Source: Plasmodiophora brassicae (Eukaryota). From it: a stretch of DNA of 64,000 nucleotides. The notes under the pieces are model-generated. The model saw only the letters and a list, made by a program, of their open reading frames with translations. It had not been told where the DNA came from and searched no databases. Positions 36,801 through 50,178 of this stretch are shown one piece after another; positions within the stretch are counted from its first letter, which is position 1, and the number at the start of each line of letters is the position of its first letter. The stretch lies in NCBI GenBank assembly GCA_036867785.1, contig CP145418.1:806001-870000 (forward strand), written 5' to 3'. A program made the position numbers and the translations under genes.

Positions 36801-39064
36801 CGTCGAGGAGAACGCCCCGACGAACGCGGCACGTACGAAGAAGAGCCCGGATGCCACCCGGCTGACCTCGGTCTGTGTAGGCGGGCGCCGCGCCTCCACA
36901 AGAGCCGCGATTACGCCATCATCGCGTCAGCACGTGGCGCATGCGGTACAACGTGGCGCGTAAGCGCGACGAGCTGATCCAGGAGGCGGAGCGGGCGCTC
37001 GTCGAAGGGCGCGTCGACGACGCCGTGGCGCTGATGATGGAGGTCGGCGGGGGCCTGTTCAACGAATCGTACACGACGGCGGCCAGGTTCCTGTGGAGTG
37101 CCGCCCGGCACCTGGGCGAGAACGACGCCCCGCTCGCGAAACAGGTCAGACTTTGTGGCACGACCAGGGGGGAGACGTCCCAACGGAATGTCGCCGTGTA
37201 GATTCGGGGTGACGTGACCGAATACATCGCGACGTCGCTGATCCAGCACGAGAACAAGCGCATGATGGACGCCCTGATGCGGACGCTGGACCTGACGCAG
37301 TCGCACGGGTCGCTGCTGGTCGTCTTCGCCGGGTTCGCCCACGACGGCTGCCTGGACGTGCCCGAACTCGGCCACACGTGGCTGGCGCCGATCCTCGACC
37401 TGTTCGGTGCCGCGTTCCGCCAGCAGCACCCTTCCTCGGTACGCCCGACCGACCGGGGCGTCGCCCTCCGTCCCCTGACACTGTTCAGGTGCCGCGCTCG
37501 GTGAACATCACCGCCCTGCTGCTGGAGCTGCTGCGCCTGAATCGCGACCTGGAGCAGGGCGCCATCGATCGCATGACGCCCAGCGTGCTAGGGCGGGCGC
37601 TGCGCGCCGCCGGCATTCGTACGCTGCCCGCCCAGCTCGAGCAGCAGTACGCCCAGGAGCTGAGCGCCGGCGTCCTGTCGCGAACGGCCAGCGTCGTGCA
37701 CCCTCTGCAGGACCCGAAATCCGGCCCGGGCAAAGGCAGGTCCAGCTGCGTGCCCTGGGGGCGGCATCGGCCCGCCACCGACGAGGTCGCCGTCGACGAG
37801 CCGCGACACGACGACGACGCCGACGCGGGCGCCGTTCGTCGGCAGATGCTGTTGCAGTGGCGAGCGCGCGCCGCCGAACCTCGCGATGTGACGTGGCCGT
37901 CGTCGCCGGCGCTGTCCCGGCCGATGATCGCCGAGCTGTTCTCGTTGCTGTGGCCGTCCGCGTCCGCGTTGCTGCGCGAAACGGGGCGCGCCGTCGTGAA
38001 CGACCACCGGACGCAGGTCCAGGTCCTGCTGATCTGCCTCGAGGGCATCCTGATGGCGTTCGGCGTCGGGGTCATCGTCGGGGTCGACCGCAAGCTCCTG
38101 GATCAGTGCCGGGACGACGCGATCTCGCTGCTGGCCGCGTTCTGCAACGACCCGACCCGGTCGGTGTCGATGGAACCGCCACCGCCACCAGCGACCCAGC
38201 TGCAGGCGCTCTTCGACGCCATGATGACGTCGTCGCCAGACGACGTTCGCGCCGCCGTCGACGTCCAGTTCCGGGCCATGTCGGCCGAGGTCACCAATCG
38301 GCACGACATTCGAACGCTGGTCCGCGTCGAGAAGGACATCGGGTACGCGTCTGGTGACGGGCAACACCCTGGGCAGCGTGCGCCTGACGCGCGATGCCCA
38401 GGTGCTTCAAGCTGACGGAACCGGGCGCACCACGCCGCCTCGTGCATCGTGGCAGGGTGCTGGCCGCGTTCCCCGCCCATCGCTCCGAGCAAGCCGTCCA
38501 GGACGCCATCGACGCGCATCCTGCCGACAACAGGCAGACCTGGAGGAGGTCGATGGCATTCCTCCTTAGCGATTGTACGTCCACCGGCGGGCGACACGAG
38601 ACTGGCGCTTACGGGCGCGTGTGCGTGCGCCAGGTTTGATCGTGACCGACGGACGAGGCGGGCGCGCCGTCCTGTTCGCGCTGGCCAGTTCCAGCATCCT
38701 GGCGCATCGCTCAGGGACGTTCGTCGAGGTGCGAAGCGCGCGACAGACCGTCGTCCTGACGCGGTACTCGGCGTCAGACGACACCCAGCTTTGGGTGGAC
38801 GCGTTAAGGGAGACGGCCGCGTCGGCGGGTCAGGCGTGGCGAGCGCGGTTCAAGAACCGAGGGCAACCTGTGCAGGCGGCCGGTCGGCGTCCACCGTCAT
38901 GCCAGATATGCCTGGAGAAGTTTGGGACGCGGGCGCTGTTCAGCAAGCCCCGGCAGTGCACGAACTGTCAGGCGGTCGCCTGTGGACAGTGTTACGGTCG
39001 TCGAGCGGCCGCCTGCGCCAATTGCATGTTCCAGATGCGCCCCGAGGCCCAACTGATCTCGTAA
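33836..39064 (+). CDS. Large multi-exon trafficking protein: MABP-like + HUS/Sec7-like + PH + FYVE-like zinc finger
   Basis: MABP-like PITHVAV..E..CPFGFEFV...ANLNPG..VFLVVRR; HUS-like FDFFVAFDC..DPLFQDL; Sec7-like helices ILDLFGAAFRQQHP..LLRLNRDL..MT; PH end QLWVDALRE; CQICLEKF..CTNCQAVACGQC..CANC. 5' boundary uncertain. Confidence 0.6.
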
Positions 39065-39116
39065 AACCCAGATCCGCCGACGTACCACTTCGTTAGCGCG
39101 TGTATGGCCTTTATTT

Positions 39117-40015
39117 TCATTCCTGTTTCTGCCTGAGGTCGCGCCCGACATGGAAGAACAGGCCCAGACCGCGCTCGGCGATCCAGCTGTCAGTGTCCGG
39201 CTTGTGCAGGACCAGGTACCCGAGCGGGTAGCACATGCCGAGCGAGGCCGTCAGGCCGATGGCCTTCCAGGACCCGCCGCATCGCTCGAAGATGACCGGG
39301 TCGACAAAGTCATGCAGGACGCGAGACGTCATGACGGCCAGGATGGCGACCGACGTAAGCATGCCCTGGACGAACTGGAAGACGGGCAGGCGCGAGAAGA
39401 ACGGCGCCCGGCCGCCCCGGTACACCTGGTACATGCAGAGGTACATGAACACGTGCACGACGCTGTTCATCAGGATCGGGAGCCACTGGACGGGCGCGCC
39501 GTTCGGCCCGAGTTGCAACCAGCACATCCACAGCAGGACGACGTTGTGGAACAGCTGGAACTGTGTCGCATGGTTCTTGCGGCCCGACATCGACATCCAC
39601 ACGGTGTGGTGCAACTCCATCAGCTTCAGGACCAGGTTCAGGTTCTGGATGCGGGCCATGGCGCCCGTTTCCCACAGCAGGTTGCCGGGGTCGCACAGCG
39701 ACGCGAATATAGACCAAGGGCCCAGCTTGGACATTTCCTGACCTGTCGACGCCCGTCAGAAACCGGCACGGGTCGGCAAACGATTGCCGCGGACGCCCCA
39801 CCGATGACGACGATGAGGGCGCCGGACGCGAACGACAGCGCGACCATGTGCAGAGACGCGATCACCGAGGCGATTGGCGTCAGCGCTTTCGGCGTGATCC
39901 GACAGGCGATGGTCGAGACGACGACGTAGGCGACGGACAGCAGCATGACGGCCGTCCACGGGCGGAGCACGTGCACGATGCGGGCGGCGGCAACGTCAAT
40001 GTACGCGATCATCAT
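39117..40015 (-). CDS. ELO/GNS1-SUR4 fatty-acid elongase-like membrane protein with degenerate His box
   Basis: KLMELHHTV (KxxExxDT-like), QFQLFHN (HxxHH position), NSVVHVFMY, QFVQ; multiple TM segments; one intron near 39740-39800. Confidence 0.75.
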
Positions 40016-40407
40016 TGCACATCCGACGGTGGGCAGACTCGGTCCGCTGCGTCGACGCCGGCTGTTGCCCCCTCCCCCTTTGTCTGTCTGTTGGCGGCGG
40101 ACTTCCCCGCGATCTCGTTCGTGCCGTCGCTGACTCGCGAAAGTGCGGCACACCGCACACGCACGCGCGCGCAGCCGCGCACGCACACACACCCAGGCTG
40201 CGAACCTGCATGCCCCCCCATCCAGTCACACGCCGCCGCCGACCCAAATCCAGGGCAGCGAAGCGTACGTTGCCATGTCGCGGTCTGCCGGTGGCATCGT
40301 GTCGTCGATCGAAACGCCATGGTGCAGGCGGTGCATGCTCCATGTCTGGCGTGCAACGAATGCCCCCCGGGTGTATAATAGTTATATTAGCAAGTAGGGC
40401 GGGACGT

Positions 40408-41997
40408 TCAAACAGTCGCGCGACGTGACCTGCTGATCGCGATCGCCGGGCCATCCGTTAGCAGATGAAGAATGTGGTCGTGTCCATGGCGTTTCGCCAA
40501 CTGGAGCGGCGTCTGGTCGATGTTGTCGCGTGCGTTCATATCGATGCCGAGGGCGTTGACCAGCAAGTGGACGACGGCGCCGTGTCCATAACGCGCCGCC
40601 AAGTGCAGGGGCGTCCGCTGCGCGACATCCCGTGCATTGACGTCGATCGATGAGGCTTGCAGAAGCAGTGCGACGGCGTCAGCCTGGGCATCGGTCGCAG
40701 CCGAGTGCAACGGCGTCTGCAGGTAGCAGTCGCGTGCATTGACCTCGATCGTTTGGACGTTCAGCAGCAGCTTGACAATGACAAGACGCCCCGTTGCGGC
40801 GGCACAATGAAGCGGCGTTTTACGAGCATCATCGCGCGCATTGACATCGATACCAGGAACGGTCAACAGCAACTCGACCAAGTGAGCCCGTCCAACATTC
40901 GCGGCTATGTGCAGTGCCGTGTTCTCGTCCATATCGTGGGCATTGACGTCGATCCCAGGGGCCTTCACAAGCAGCTCGACGATATCGTCACGTCCAATAT
41001 CATCCTGAACGGCCAGGTGCAGCGGCGTCTTCTGGAGCGTACCGCGAGGATTGGCGTCGATGCCGGGCGCTGCCAGAAGCAAACTTACGATATCCGTACG
41101 CCCATCTTTCACGGCCACGTGCAGCGGGGTAGTCTGCGATTTGAACAGACTCACGATGCGCCGGTTGGGGTCCAGTCCAGGTGCCTTCAGCAGCGACGCG
41201 ACAACCTCGGCATGTCCCTTGATCGTAGCGCAGTGCAGCGGGGTCATTTGAAACATATCGCATGCATTGACGTCGACTCCGGGTATACGGATCAGCGAAT
41301 CAACGACAATGACCTGCCCTTGATATGCGGCCCACTGAAGCAACGTCTGTTCCCGATCACGATCCCAGATGGCGCTATTGATGAAGGAGGCATCCCCTTG
41401 ATGGATGAGGAGCTTATGAATACGTGCCACAATCGCCTTCTTCTCGTCTGTGTCGGCAACATAGCCAAGCAGGGCGATGCCTGCCAGGAACAGCCGAGAC
41501 ATATCCGCTGGCATGATGTCCTGCATCAGTGAAACGTTATAACCCCACGTACGCCATATCGAAGACGCGGTAGCTGTCATGAGGGAGGGCATGTCGAGGA
41601 AATGGGCAACTGCTATCAGTCGGGACCGCTGCTCGAACCCCATCGCGCGCAACCTGTTCATGGCCCATTCGGTGGGGTCGACCTGATGCGGCATACATTA
41701 GCACATGAGCCGCTCACAAACCATTAGTTCGATCGCATATACCTCATGCACTCCGACGTCGTTGATGAAGTCCACCACCATATGCAATTCGGTATCAGCG
41801 ATGTCTACAGGGAAAGGTTCGCCGCATTCGTCCAGACCGTCGGCCAGGATTATCTTGAACAACCCTGAATGGTTTGCGGTAGCAGATGTGTTAACGGCGC
41901 GGTCAACATCATCGCTGGACCGAAGAACAATAGCGGAAACGAAACAGCTCAGCAAGACGAAGACAAGGAACAGGCTATCCACGCCTGAACAATGCAT
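40408..41997 (-). CDS. Secreted Skp1/BTB-like + ankyrin-repeat protein (candidate effector)
   Basis: Hydrophobic N-terminus LFLVFVLLSCFVSA; Skp1-like IVLRSSDD..SGLFKIILAD..LHMVVDF..LIAVAHFLDMPSL; about nine ankyrin repeats (TPLHxA..G..V..LL..PGIDVNA.D); intron 41683-41742. Confidence 0.85.
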
Positions 41998-42428
41998 AAG
42001 CAGTCACTGATAGCGGTTTGGACAGATGCGCTGCAGCAGGCGGACGACGTCCGCCAGTCCACGCAGTATTTCAGGCGCGGGGCGCCCTTCGTCCAGTGGC
42101 CAGCCACGCACTTCGGTGCATGGGAAGACGGTATGATACGTATTGCCGTCATCACATGGTCAACCAACCAGTGACGTGTAAAGGTTTTACAACCAGACTG
42201 CGGCACATAGCAAACGCAGCTGGATCCGGCCTATACTCAGCGCCAGTACCGTTTCCTCGCAGGTACCCTTTTTCGACCATCAAACGGTCAAACGTGTTCA
42301 TGTCGACCGCCAACTTCCCGCTCGGTACTCCGTACGGCATTGTGTGGCTGTTTGGGGCTGGTTGGAGTTGCGCACAGTGCACTATTTGCGCTAGCGCGTC
42401 CCGCGACGACGAGCATTTGGGCGCCGCG

Positions 42429-44470
42429 ATGTTGTCGGGACCATCTCTTCAACCTGACACACCCCTGACTCTCCCGACCGACGTGCATCGGGACAGCCAT
42501 GCGGTACGCGGCGGCAGGGCCACGTCAGTCCGGCCGTCATTCGCGGGAGGAAGTATTGGTCATCTGCGTAGTCGCGAGCTCTCCTTCTCCGGTGCCGACC
42601 GCGAAGTGTCGCGACTGAATGCGTTCGGCCGTAAAACATACCTTGACGCGTCCCGGTACTACCATGACTCAGAGAGTGATCATTCGGACGGCGCTGCATT
42701 TGATATTGATGACTGTTCTCCTCAAGAGTGGACGCTTGCTGTCGATCTGCATCCAGCGTCCCCTTGCCTTGAACCATCTGCACCTGCTTCTGCACAAACG
42801 CATCCCACAAGCTACCCCCAGACAAACCCTCCACCGAACTCTACGTTGCCTGTTCCTATGGTCTTGGACAACGCCGCTATGGGCCAATCAGGCGTTACGT
42901 GCGCTCACAAGTCCTCCACCGGTCGACGTGACCTGACCGCGTTGAGCAAGGTCGTCCAACAATCGTTCGGGCAATCACGTGATGCTGCTAGCGTCGGTGC
43001 GTCTGGACTTCAAACTTCAGATCGCGACGCAAATGGGACAGTTGCCAATCATGACGCTGCTCTCAAAGATCGAACACATAGCGCGCCCAAACCAGTAGCT
43101 GTCCATGCGTTTCAGCAGAACCGAGCAACCGCCCAAAGGACCGTGCCTCTACGTATCCCGAAAATAAGCAATGATGCTCCAATTATCTTGGGACGACGAA
43201 AAAGTGAAACTCTCTCGTCTGTAGAGACGGTTGTCTCTACTTTTTCGTCCAAAGATGCATCGAATGGCGTTTCTTGCAGCATGCCCAACCCGTCTATGCC
43301 ACCGTCGCGACATTCTACTGAGCAACGAGGGTACCCCAACTCACGTGCCGCAGGGCTCGAACTGCCAAAAGACAAATCACAAAGCGATTCTTCTCGTCAA
43401 TCCCGTATGCATCGCGGCGCAACGCCTGAAGCCCAATGGCGTGGAGGCCAGGCCGGGTCTATCTCCAGGGACATGCTGGACCCAAGCGTGGCCTTACGGA
43501 ATTCTGATCTGCTTCCCCCCAATCCCTTGACGGTCCTGCCTGGTATGCCTCGGCGGGCCGATTCAGCAATTTCGGCGATGCGACAAGCACCACGGGATAA
43601 TCGGGAAACACTGGTTAATCATATCCTGCTTTTCTTCAGCATCGACCAGTTTTACGAGTAGAGTGTTTGGTGTGGTTGTCATGGTTATTTTTTCTCTGAT
43701 CCAATAATATTGTCAGGCTTATCCGAAACACCAAAGGCGAATTCCTGGTGTTCCTAAAGGACTGGCTTGTCGATGCACTACAAACAAACAACCGTGCTCT
43801 GTCAATTGCTCTTCTTCGCCTTCTTGAAGTGCTGCCTCTGACACCCTCTGCTGAGTGTCCGGAAATCAAGAAAGAGCTCAGAGCGTTCGCGTCGCAAGAC
43901 AGAGTAGTGAGCGCGCTGATTACTCGGCTTTTAAGAAACTGGGAAGTTCATGAGAAAGATGTGTGAGTTTTGGTTTGAAAGATATGCCTTGCCATTGTTA
44001 TAACCGTATTTTAGTGCTCTCTACAAATCCAAAACCGGATCTGGTACGGATCTTCAGCAGCGCTCTTCCCCCGCAAGTGATGACGGTGTACCATCAACCA
44101 CCACTTTCGCTGTACCTCTACTAGGCCCTCGCGAAGACGTCATCCCTTCAGATCTGTCAGTCACACGAACTACTCCCTATGTCAATTCTGCAGCCGATGC
44201 TCCATATTTCGTTCGGCCGTCACTGGCTTTTCCGAACTCGGATACTCTTTTTCGAAGCGTTTTGAAAGAACGCTCGATAGCCCCTAGACGAATCCCACTA
44301 TCGAGTGATAGTCAAGTAAGACATACTGGTAGCAATGCTGGATATGCTTACTGAGTGAGGAGCAGGAACTTGTTCGGACTCCTGGTCCGGGCCCGGAGGG
44401 CAGGCCTACAGATCCCAGGCTAAACCCACAGGCTGTACACACCGACAGAAACAAGCCGGCGTCTGCGTAG
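42429..44470 (+). CDS. Ser/Pro-rich, largely disordered protein with a TFIIS-N-like helical domain
   Basis: Long low-complexity first exon; LKDWLVDALQ..LLRLLEVLPLT..ITRLLRNW; later exons splice to a TAG at 44468-44470. Confidence 0.5.
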
Positions 44471-44610
44471 TACCTTCGCCAACTCCATCGTTTAATAATC
44501 TCATCAGTAGGCTCGCAAGCTTCCAATATAAATATTTTTGGAGATTGCAAACCAGGGTTGCGACGTGCAGCACTGCAGCTTTAATGCGAAGATACAGGTT
44601 GTATTCTACC

Positions 44611-46926
44611 CTACCCATTTGAACTGGGATTTGCGATGGCGTCTTTGACAAGCGCTTGAAACCGAGCAAGAGTATCGGAAAGGTCCAGAGGACGTCCTCC
44701 CCGTTCCAGGGTCAACCACCGTCGAAGTTCATCGTTAAGACGGGTTACCTGGTTGGCCAACTGCGTTGATTCTGTCAATCCCAGATTGTTGCATATGGCC
44801 CTACGTAAGACGTGTCAACCTAGTTATTAGGCAGCGGTACATGCGTAAAGGTCGACCTGTTCAACAGGACCTGGGACAATGACTTCGCCATGTGCAAACG
44901 CGAGAGGGAATCGCGGTTTCCTGCCTCGCGATGGAGGCTTGCAAGCAACCCAAATTCTGATGCCTTGACGCATGCATTCCCGATCTTGTTAGCAGCATTC
45001 GCATTGTATAATCCGCAGCTGACCGCCACAATGATAATCAATGCAGAAAGCAGTAGTCGGATTCCTTGACAATGGCGCCATAGCAGACCACTCGTCCTTG
45101 CAGGCAATGCCCACATAGCAGCTAACTGGGAGCCCGCCTTTGAAGGAGGACTGGATTCCGCTACTTGCGTCTTATTCTCGCTGGTGATTTCATCTTTGTT
45201 TTCGCCGGCGTTGGAAGACCCGGCGCCCAGGCTAAGTCGAGCCGACTCTGCCCATTTGGTAAACGCTGTCCGAACGCCATCGATGGTTTGTTTCACGATG
45301 ACAGATTTGATACCCCAAACGGCTCTCGAGAAGATCAATGCTACGCGAGCGGTGACCTCGCATCCTACGTCTGAAGGCAGAGCATCATACGCGACAAGAA
45401 CGACAAATGAGTCTCCGTAAGGGACATCAGTTGAAGACGATTGGCTTCTGGAATAGATGAAGAAATTAGCAAACGTTATGAATTTGATAAACGATGAAGG
45501 TAAACCGCACCTGATATGAACAGAGGAACTTGACGACACACAGGTGCATATCTCTTTGACGCGAGTACACTTAACACCCGCGAGCGGGTTAGTCACTGGC
45601 ATTACCATTTCGATCGTTCTGCGTAAATTTGATGCATTCGCCGAGCTCTCCCACGGGGAAATGTGAACGTCTTCGGCACCAATGGAAGCGAGGTGCGTTG
45701 CCATCGACAAAGCTGCCGGCGTGTCGGCATAGAATGTGTTGAAAAATTCCCTAACGGACCCATTCATTACAGGTGCGGCGAGGCGACGCAAGGCACCTAC
45801 CCGACGGGTACAGCAAGTTCTACGCGCCCAACCTCAGTAAAGTCCGTTGGCGACGTTGACCCCCAGACAGAATCGGACAATGCCTTCTCCAGGCCAGCAA
45901 GGGGATTATCTTCAACGATGACGTTTTTTGAGACAGCGTCGACACTTGGAGCAGATTGCTCAGCCGAAGCAAGGCCGTCGTCGTCTGTATGGCATTTGGT
46001 TTGCTAACCTTTGCATGTCAGGGTCCGATGCAATCCAAGTTGCGTCCCACACTTACCTGGTCCACGTTCCCAGCAGGTGGGGCATTACAGTCAGTATTGC
46101 GAGCAGTGCTGCCATCGAACGTTCCAATAACGGTGACAGTGGGAGACGGGTCCCGGGAGGACGTTGTAGAAACAACGTTGCTCTTGTCGGGAAACCCCCA
46201 AAGCGACCGAAGCAGGCCATAACACCGATTTCGGGACAGTACCGAACCGAAGAAATAGGATGTCCCATTACGCAAATGAATTTCAATGGCGTTTGGGACG
46301 ACCTGAATAGCCACGGTGAGCACCAATTCAATCAACAAGACATACAACGTACCCAGGCGGTGTTCCGTTTTGCAATCTGATCCACTTCAGCAAACGGGAT
46401 TACGAGCGTTTTCTATAGTGCCACATATAGACATCAGCAGGATGTGGGCATACCGGCCAGCCATGAGTTTCTCTACCGACACTGTCGGTGCTGAAAAAAT
46501 TGCTGTAAAAGCAAATATGTCTACTGGAGACGAACATGCGCCCTTGGAACAGAATGACCGCTGACTTGATAAGTGCACACGAGAAATCTAATGCGAACTG
46601 TTCGGTACACGGACACCATTTTGAACCACTCGTACCGCACCGTCTACGAGGTCCTCATCGACGCCGAACGTGAGCGAAAACGTGCGGTTCTTCAACATCT
46701 GTCGACAGTGTCGGAAATGATGACGAACGCTCGCACTGTGCCATGTACACACCTGCAGATCGGCATCCGTCCCGGCGGCGCTGCTTCCCCGCTCATCACC
46801 GTTCGCCGACACGGATGGCGCTAGACCATCCGTTGTCGTAACCGCGGTCGCTTGCAGCGGTGACGCCCCACCGGCATCTTGAACGACCGCCTGCGATCGC
46901 GCATCATCCGCGGCAGACGACGCCAT
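44611..46926 (-). CDS. GRAM + VASt/StART-like + TM lipid-transfer protein (LAM/GRAMD1 family)
   Basis: GRAM: VPNAIEIHL..YFFGSVLSRNRCYGLL. VASt: ISPW..RTIEMVMPVTNPL..DVPYGDSFVV..IKSVI. C-terminal TM and coiled coil. Confidence 0.8.
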
Positions 46927-47150
46927 GAGCGGGCGTACGACGACGATCGACGGTCGGTTGGGCCGGATGAGCCCGGCGCTGACCCCCCAAAACCGCCGCG
47001 GGCTGCACGCTGCACGGTAGTCGTGAAGAAAATCGCGGATATTTCCCCTCGCTGTTTTGCTGGAATGACGAGACTCGGGACACGCGAGGACGGCCTCGCG
47101 AAAACCATTTCGCTGTTGCGCCATAGGGGCAGGCAGCGTCATCAGCCGTC

Positions 47151-48029
47151 ATGGGAATGTTTGATCTGGTGGAACAGCTGGAGTTCTGTATGTGTACAGC
47201 TTGTCAGCAGACGATGCACCAACGTGATTGCGTCTAACCTTTGCATGCCAGATGGGTCGTATCATAACAACAAATGGTGGGGCGTTGTGCACCACCGGAA
47301 TACGCGGAGAGGCCTGCTGACGGACTGCCGACAGGAACCAACTTATTCATCTCATATTTGTTCCAACAATTTTCCTGACGGCGTGCATCGGTAAACATGG
47401 CTTTGCGTATCAAGAATACGAGCTGACGAACGCTTCCTAATAGGCCTATGTTATACTGGACCGTTGGTGCAGGTCCCAGATGCTGATGGATCCCTCATCG
47501 AATTCAATGGGGCGTTCGTCCTTTTCCTCATGTACGCTATCATGTACCTCTGCATCGATGTCCAGGGCGCCGTAAGATCTACAACCTAGTCTGGATCCAT
47601 AATTCCGATCACCTGCTTTGGTCAGATCGTCGCCAACGCTGTCCTCTTTGGCTGCTTGCTGGGAGCGAACTATATGTTCCACTTCTTTGGCCCGACCCAC
47701 GCTTGGAAATACGCTTCCGTAGTGCATGTTATTTCCTGGGTGATGCAGATCTTCGGCCACCGTTACTTCGAGAGTCTGTTTCGGTACAGGGTCTGTCAAA
47801 TGGCTCGCTCTGATAGCGTTTTTGAATGTCAGAACGAAACCCTGCTCTACTTGACAACTTGGCGCAAGCGTTTCTTCTGGCGCCCCTCTTCGTCTGCATG
47901 GAAGTCGTATTCCATCTTGGATTCCGGCAGGACATCTATCGCGACCTGAAGAACCGTGTGGGGCGCAATATTGCCGCATTCAGAAAGGCCCAGGCCGATC
48001 AAGGCAAACGGTCAAAGAAATGCTCGTAG
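47151..48029 (+). CDS. MPO1: Mpo1/DUF962-family 2-hydroxy fatty acid dioxygenase-like protein, multi-exon
   Basis: [61 protein letters not shown]. Confidence 0.8.
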
Positions 48030-48216
48030 ACAGGGTCGTCAAACATCCCCTTGCTGTTACTACATGATCCGGTTTCGGTTGACATGAATTGTCATGGTGA
48101 TGTTGTTAGACCCGCGTTCTGCAATGGGACCTGTCAAACCTATCAACCGTTCCTGCATTTCCGGAACCGATTGTCAGTGCCGACTGTTGAGGACCTCGAG
48201 GGGCAAGCCGTCCGTA

Positions 48217-50178
48217 ATGGAACAACCGTCAGGCGTTTCTGCTGCCGAAGCGGTCATCCACAATATCCATGGGCTTTACACTTCCGCAGATAACGGGCTC
48301 CTGACGATCGGCCAAGAGTTGGGCATCGTCGTAGAAGCACCTAGGCCAAAGGTGACCGTCATGCTTGTCGGCAACCATTCTGCTGGAAAGAGCTCGTTCA
48401 TCAACTGGTCCGTTCCGTCCATCGTTAGCGAATGGCACCCAGTAAACCGATTCGTTGTTCTCAGGTACATCGGAGAATACGTGCAGGTACACGTCGTCAG
48501 CCTTGCAGGGGATACACTCGACCTGACATCGATGTGCAGTTGGAAAGCGTTGCAATGGAAACGAACTCGTTTACGTTTGTAACGAGTGGGAAGAAGCGCG
48601 ACACTTTCAAGGTAACGAGCGTCGCCTGTTTCCGCAGCTTCATTCGGTTAATGGTGTACGTAGGGACGAGCCACGATCAAGCACAAGCCCTGGCTTGCAC
48701 AGATTGAGTCGTTTGCTGGTGCTGTTGATAACCTATCTACCCAAATCAGTGCATCGCGAAAGAACCTTTTCGCAATGTGCGATTTCATTGACACACCAGG
48801 GTTGACAGATGGCTCTCTCAAGTATCCGTATCCAGGTTGCCGCTACACCGAGTACGTCCAGAATGGCATTCCGTTTACTTACTGTGTGTCTGGTTAGTGA
48901 ACGAGATTCTGGAGTGGCTGGGGGAACGGGCCGATCTGATTTTCGTGTTCTTTGACCCGCACGGTCAAGCATTATGTGCCCGAACGTAACCATATTGCTT
49001 GAATCAGTGTCGCAACCACCTGAATTTTTAAATCCGTTTGGTATAGAATGAATGTTGTCCAACGTCTGAACCAGACATGTAAACCGAAGACCCACTACTT
49101 CTTGACAATGGCTGACAAGGTAATGCGCCACAGTCAACGTACCCCGGTCCTCCGAATCATGTTTGCCACAGATTCCATCCGAAAAGGAGCGTTCGAAGGT
49201 CATCTTGCAGGTTGCTCAATCGCTGAGCCATGCTCAGACTCAACTGTCACCGGCAATAATGTCTGAATCAGACAGCCAATCTAAACGAGAAACTGATCAC
49301 TCGTCATGGGCTGATTCTGAAACATGGCTTGGGGAGCACGCCCTCAGGTGACCACGTCTGGTCCCACACAATTTCGCTCTCAGGCTAATCGTTGCATGTA
49401 CAGGGTGCGGCCAATCTTTATTCCTCAGAAAGCTCAGACTGCCGACGACCACGATTTCAACAGGATCGACGAAGCTCTGCAACTCATATCCGACGCCGTC
49501 AATCAAAACGTACAAAGCCATATCGAGAGACTCGAAGTCGACAGCTCCAGGTTACTGGATGCCCTCGAGACGCGACTGAGACGGTTGGCATTACCAATGT
49601 CGTATTGCACCACTGGAGCTGACTGCCTCGTGGTTCAGACATGAAACCCGTCAACGAGTGAACAGAATCACAAAATCGCTTCATTTAGCGCTTCTGCTCT
49701 GCGGCTGGACGGTTCCCATGCTTCTTACGCTATACCTGTTGCACATTGCAGACGGCGTTCTCGGTCCAAGGTATTGTTTTCGTCTACGGGTCCGGTTTAT
49801 TGTTACGCTCAGTATAGTCCATAGTGCTGGGTGGTTCATCCAGCACCCGTGGCTCTATCCACTGCTGCCTGCTCTAAAGACGCTGAGTTCACAGTTTTCG
49901 TCCGCAATGGCACTGGCTGATCGGTGGACAATGCTGACGCAGTTGACGGTCTCCTTCACAATCATCATTATACTGGCTAAAGCAACCGCCATGTGCTTCC
50001 TCAGTGTCATGTCGCCAGCCGCATCCAAGAAAATGTACGCCTGGAGAGCCATTCTCAAGCAAATCCACGAAGGTAGTCCAATCGGATGATGTCTGCCGTA
50101 CCGAACTAACCTGGTTCCTTCTTAGTCGAAGTTCAAGGCCAGTGGAAGTTGCTCTTCTCGGAGTCCACCTTCGATTGA
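48217..50178 (+). CDS. EHD/dynamin-like P-loop NTPase with C-terminal TM segments, many introns
   Basis: VMLVGNHSAGKSSFINW (G1), ETNSFTFV (G2), FIDTPGL (G3), ADLIFVFFDPH, YFLTMADK (G4 region); two hydrophobic C-terminal segments. Confidence 0.75.
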
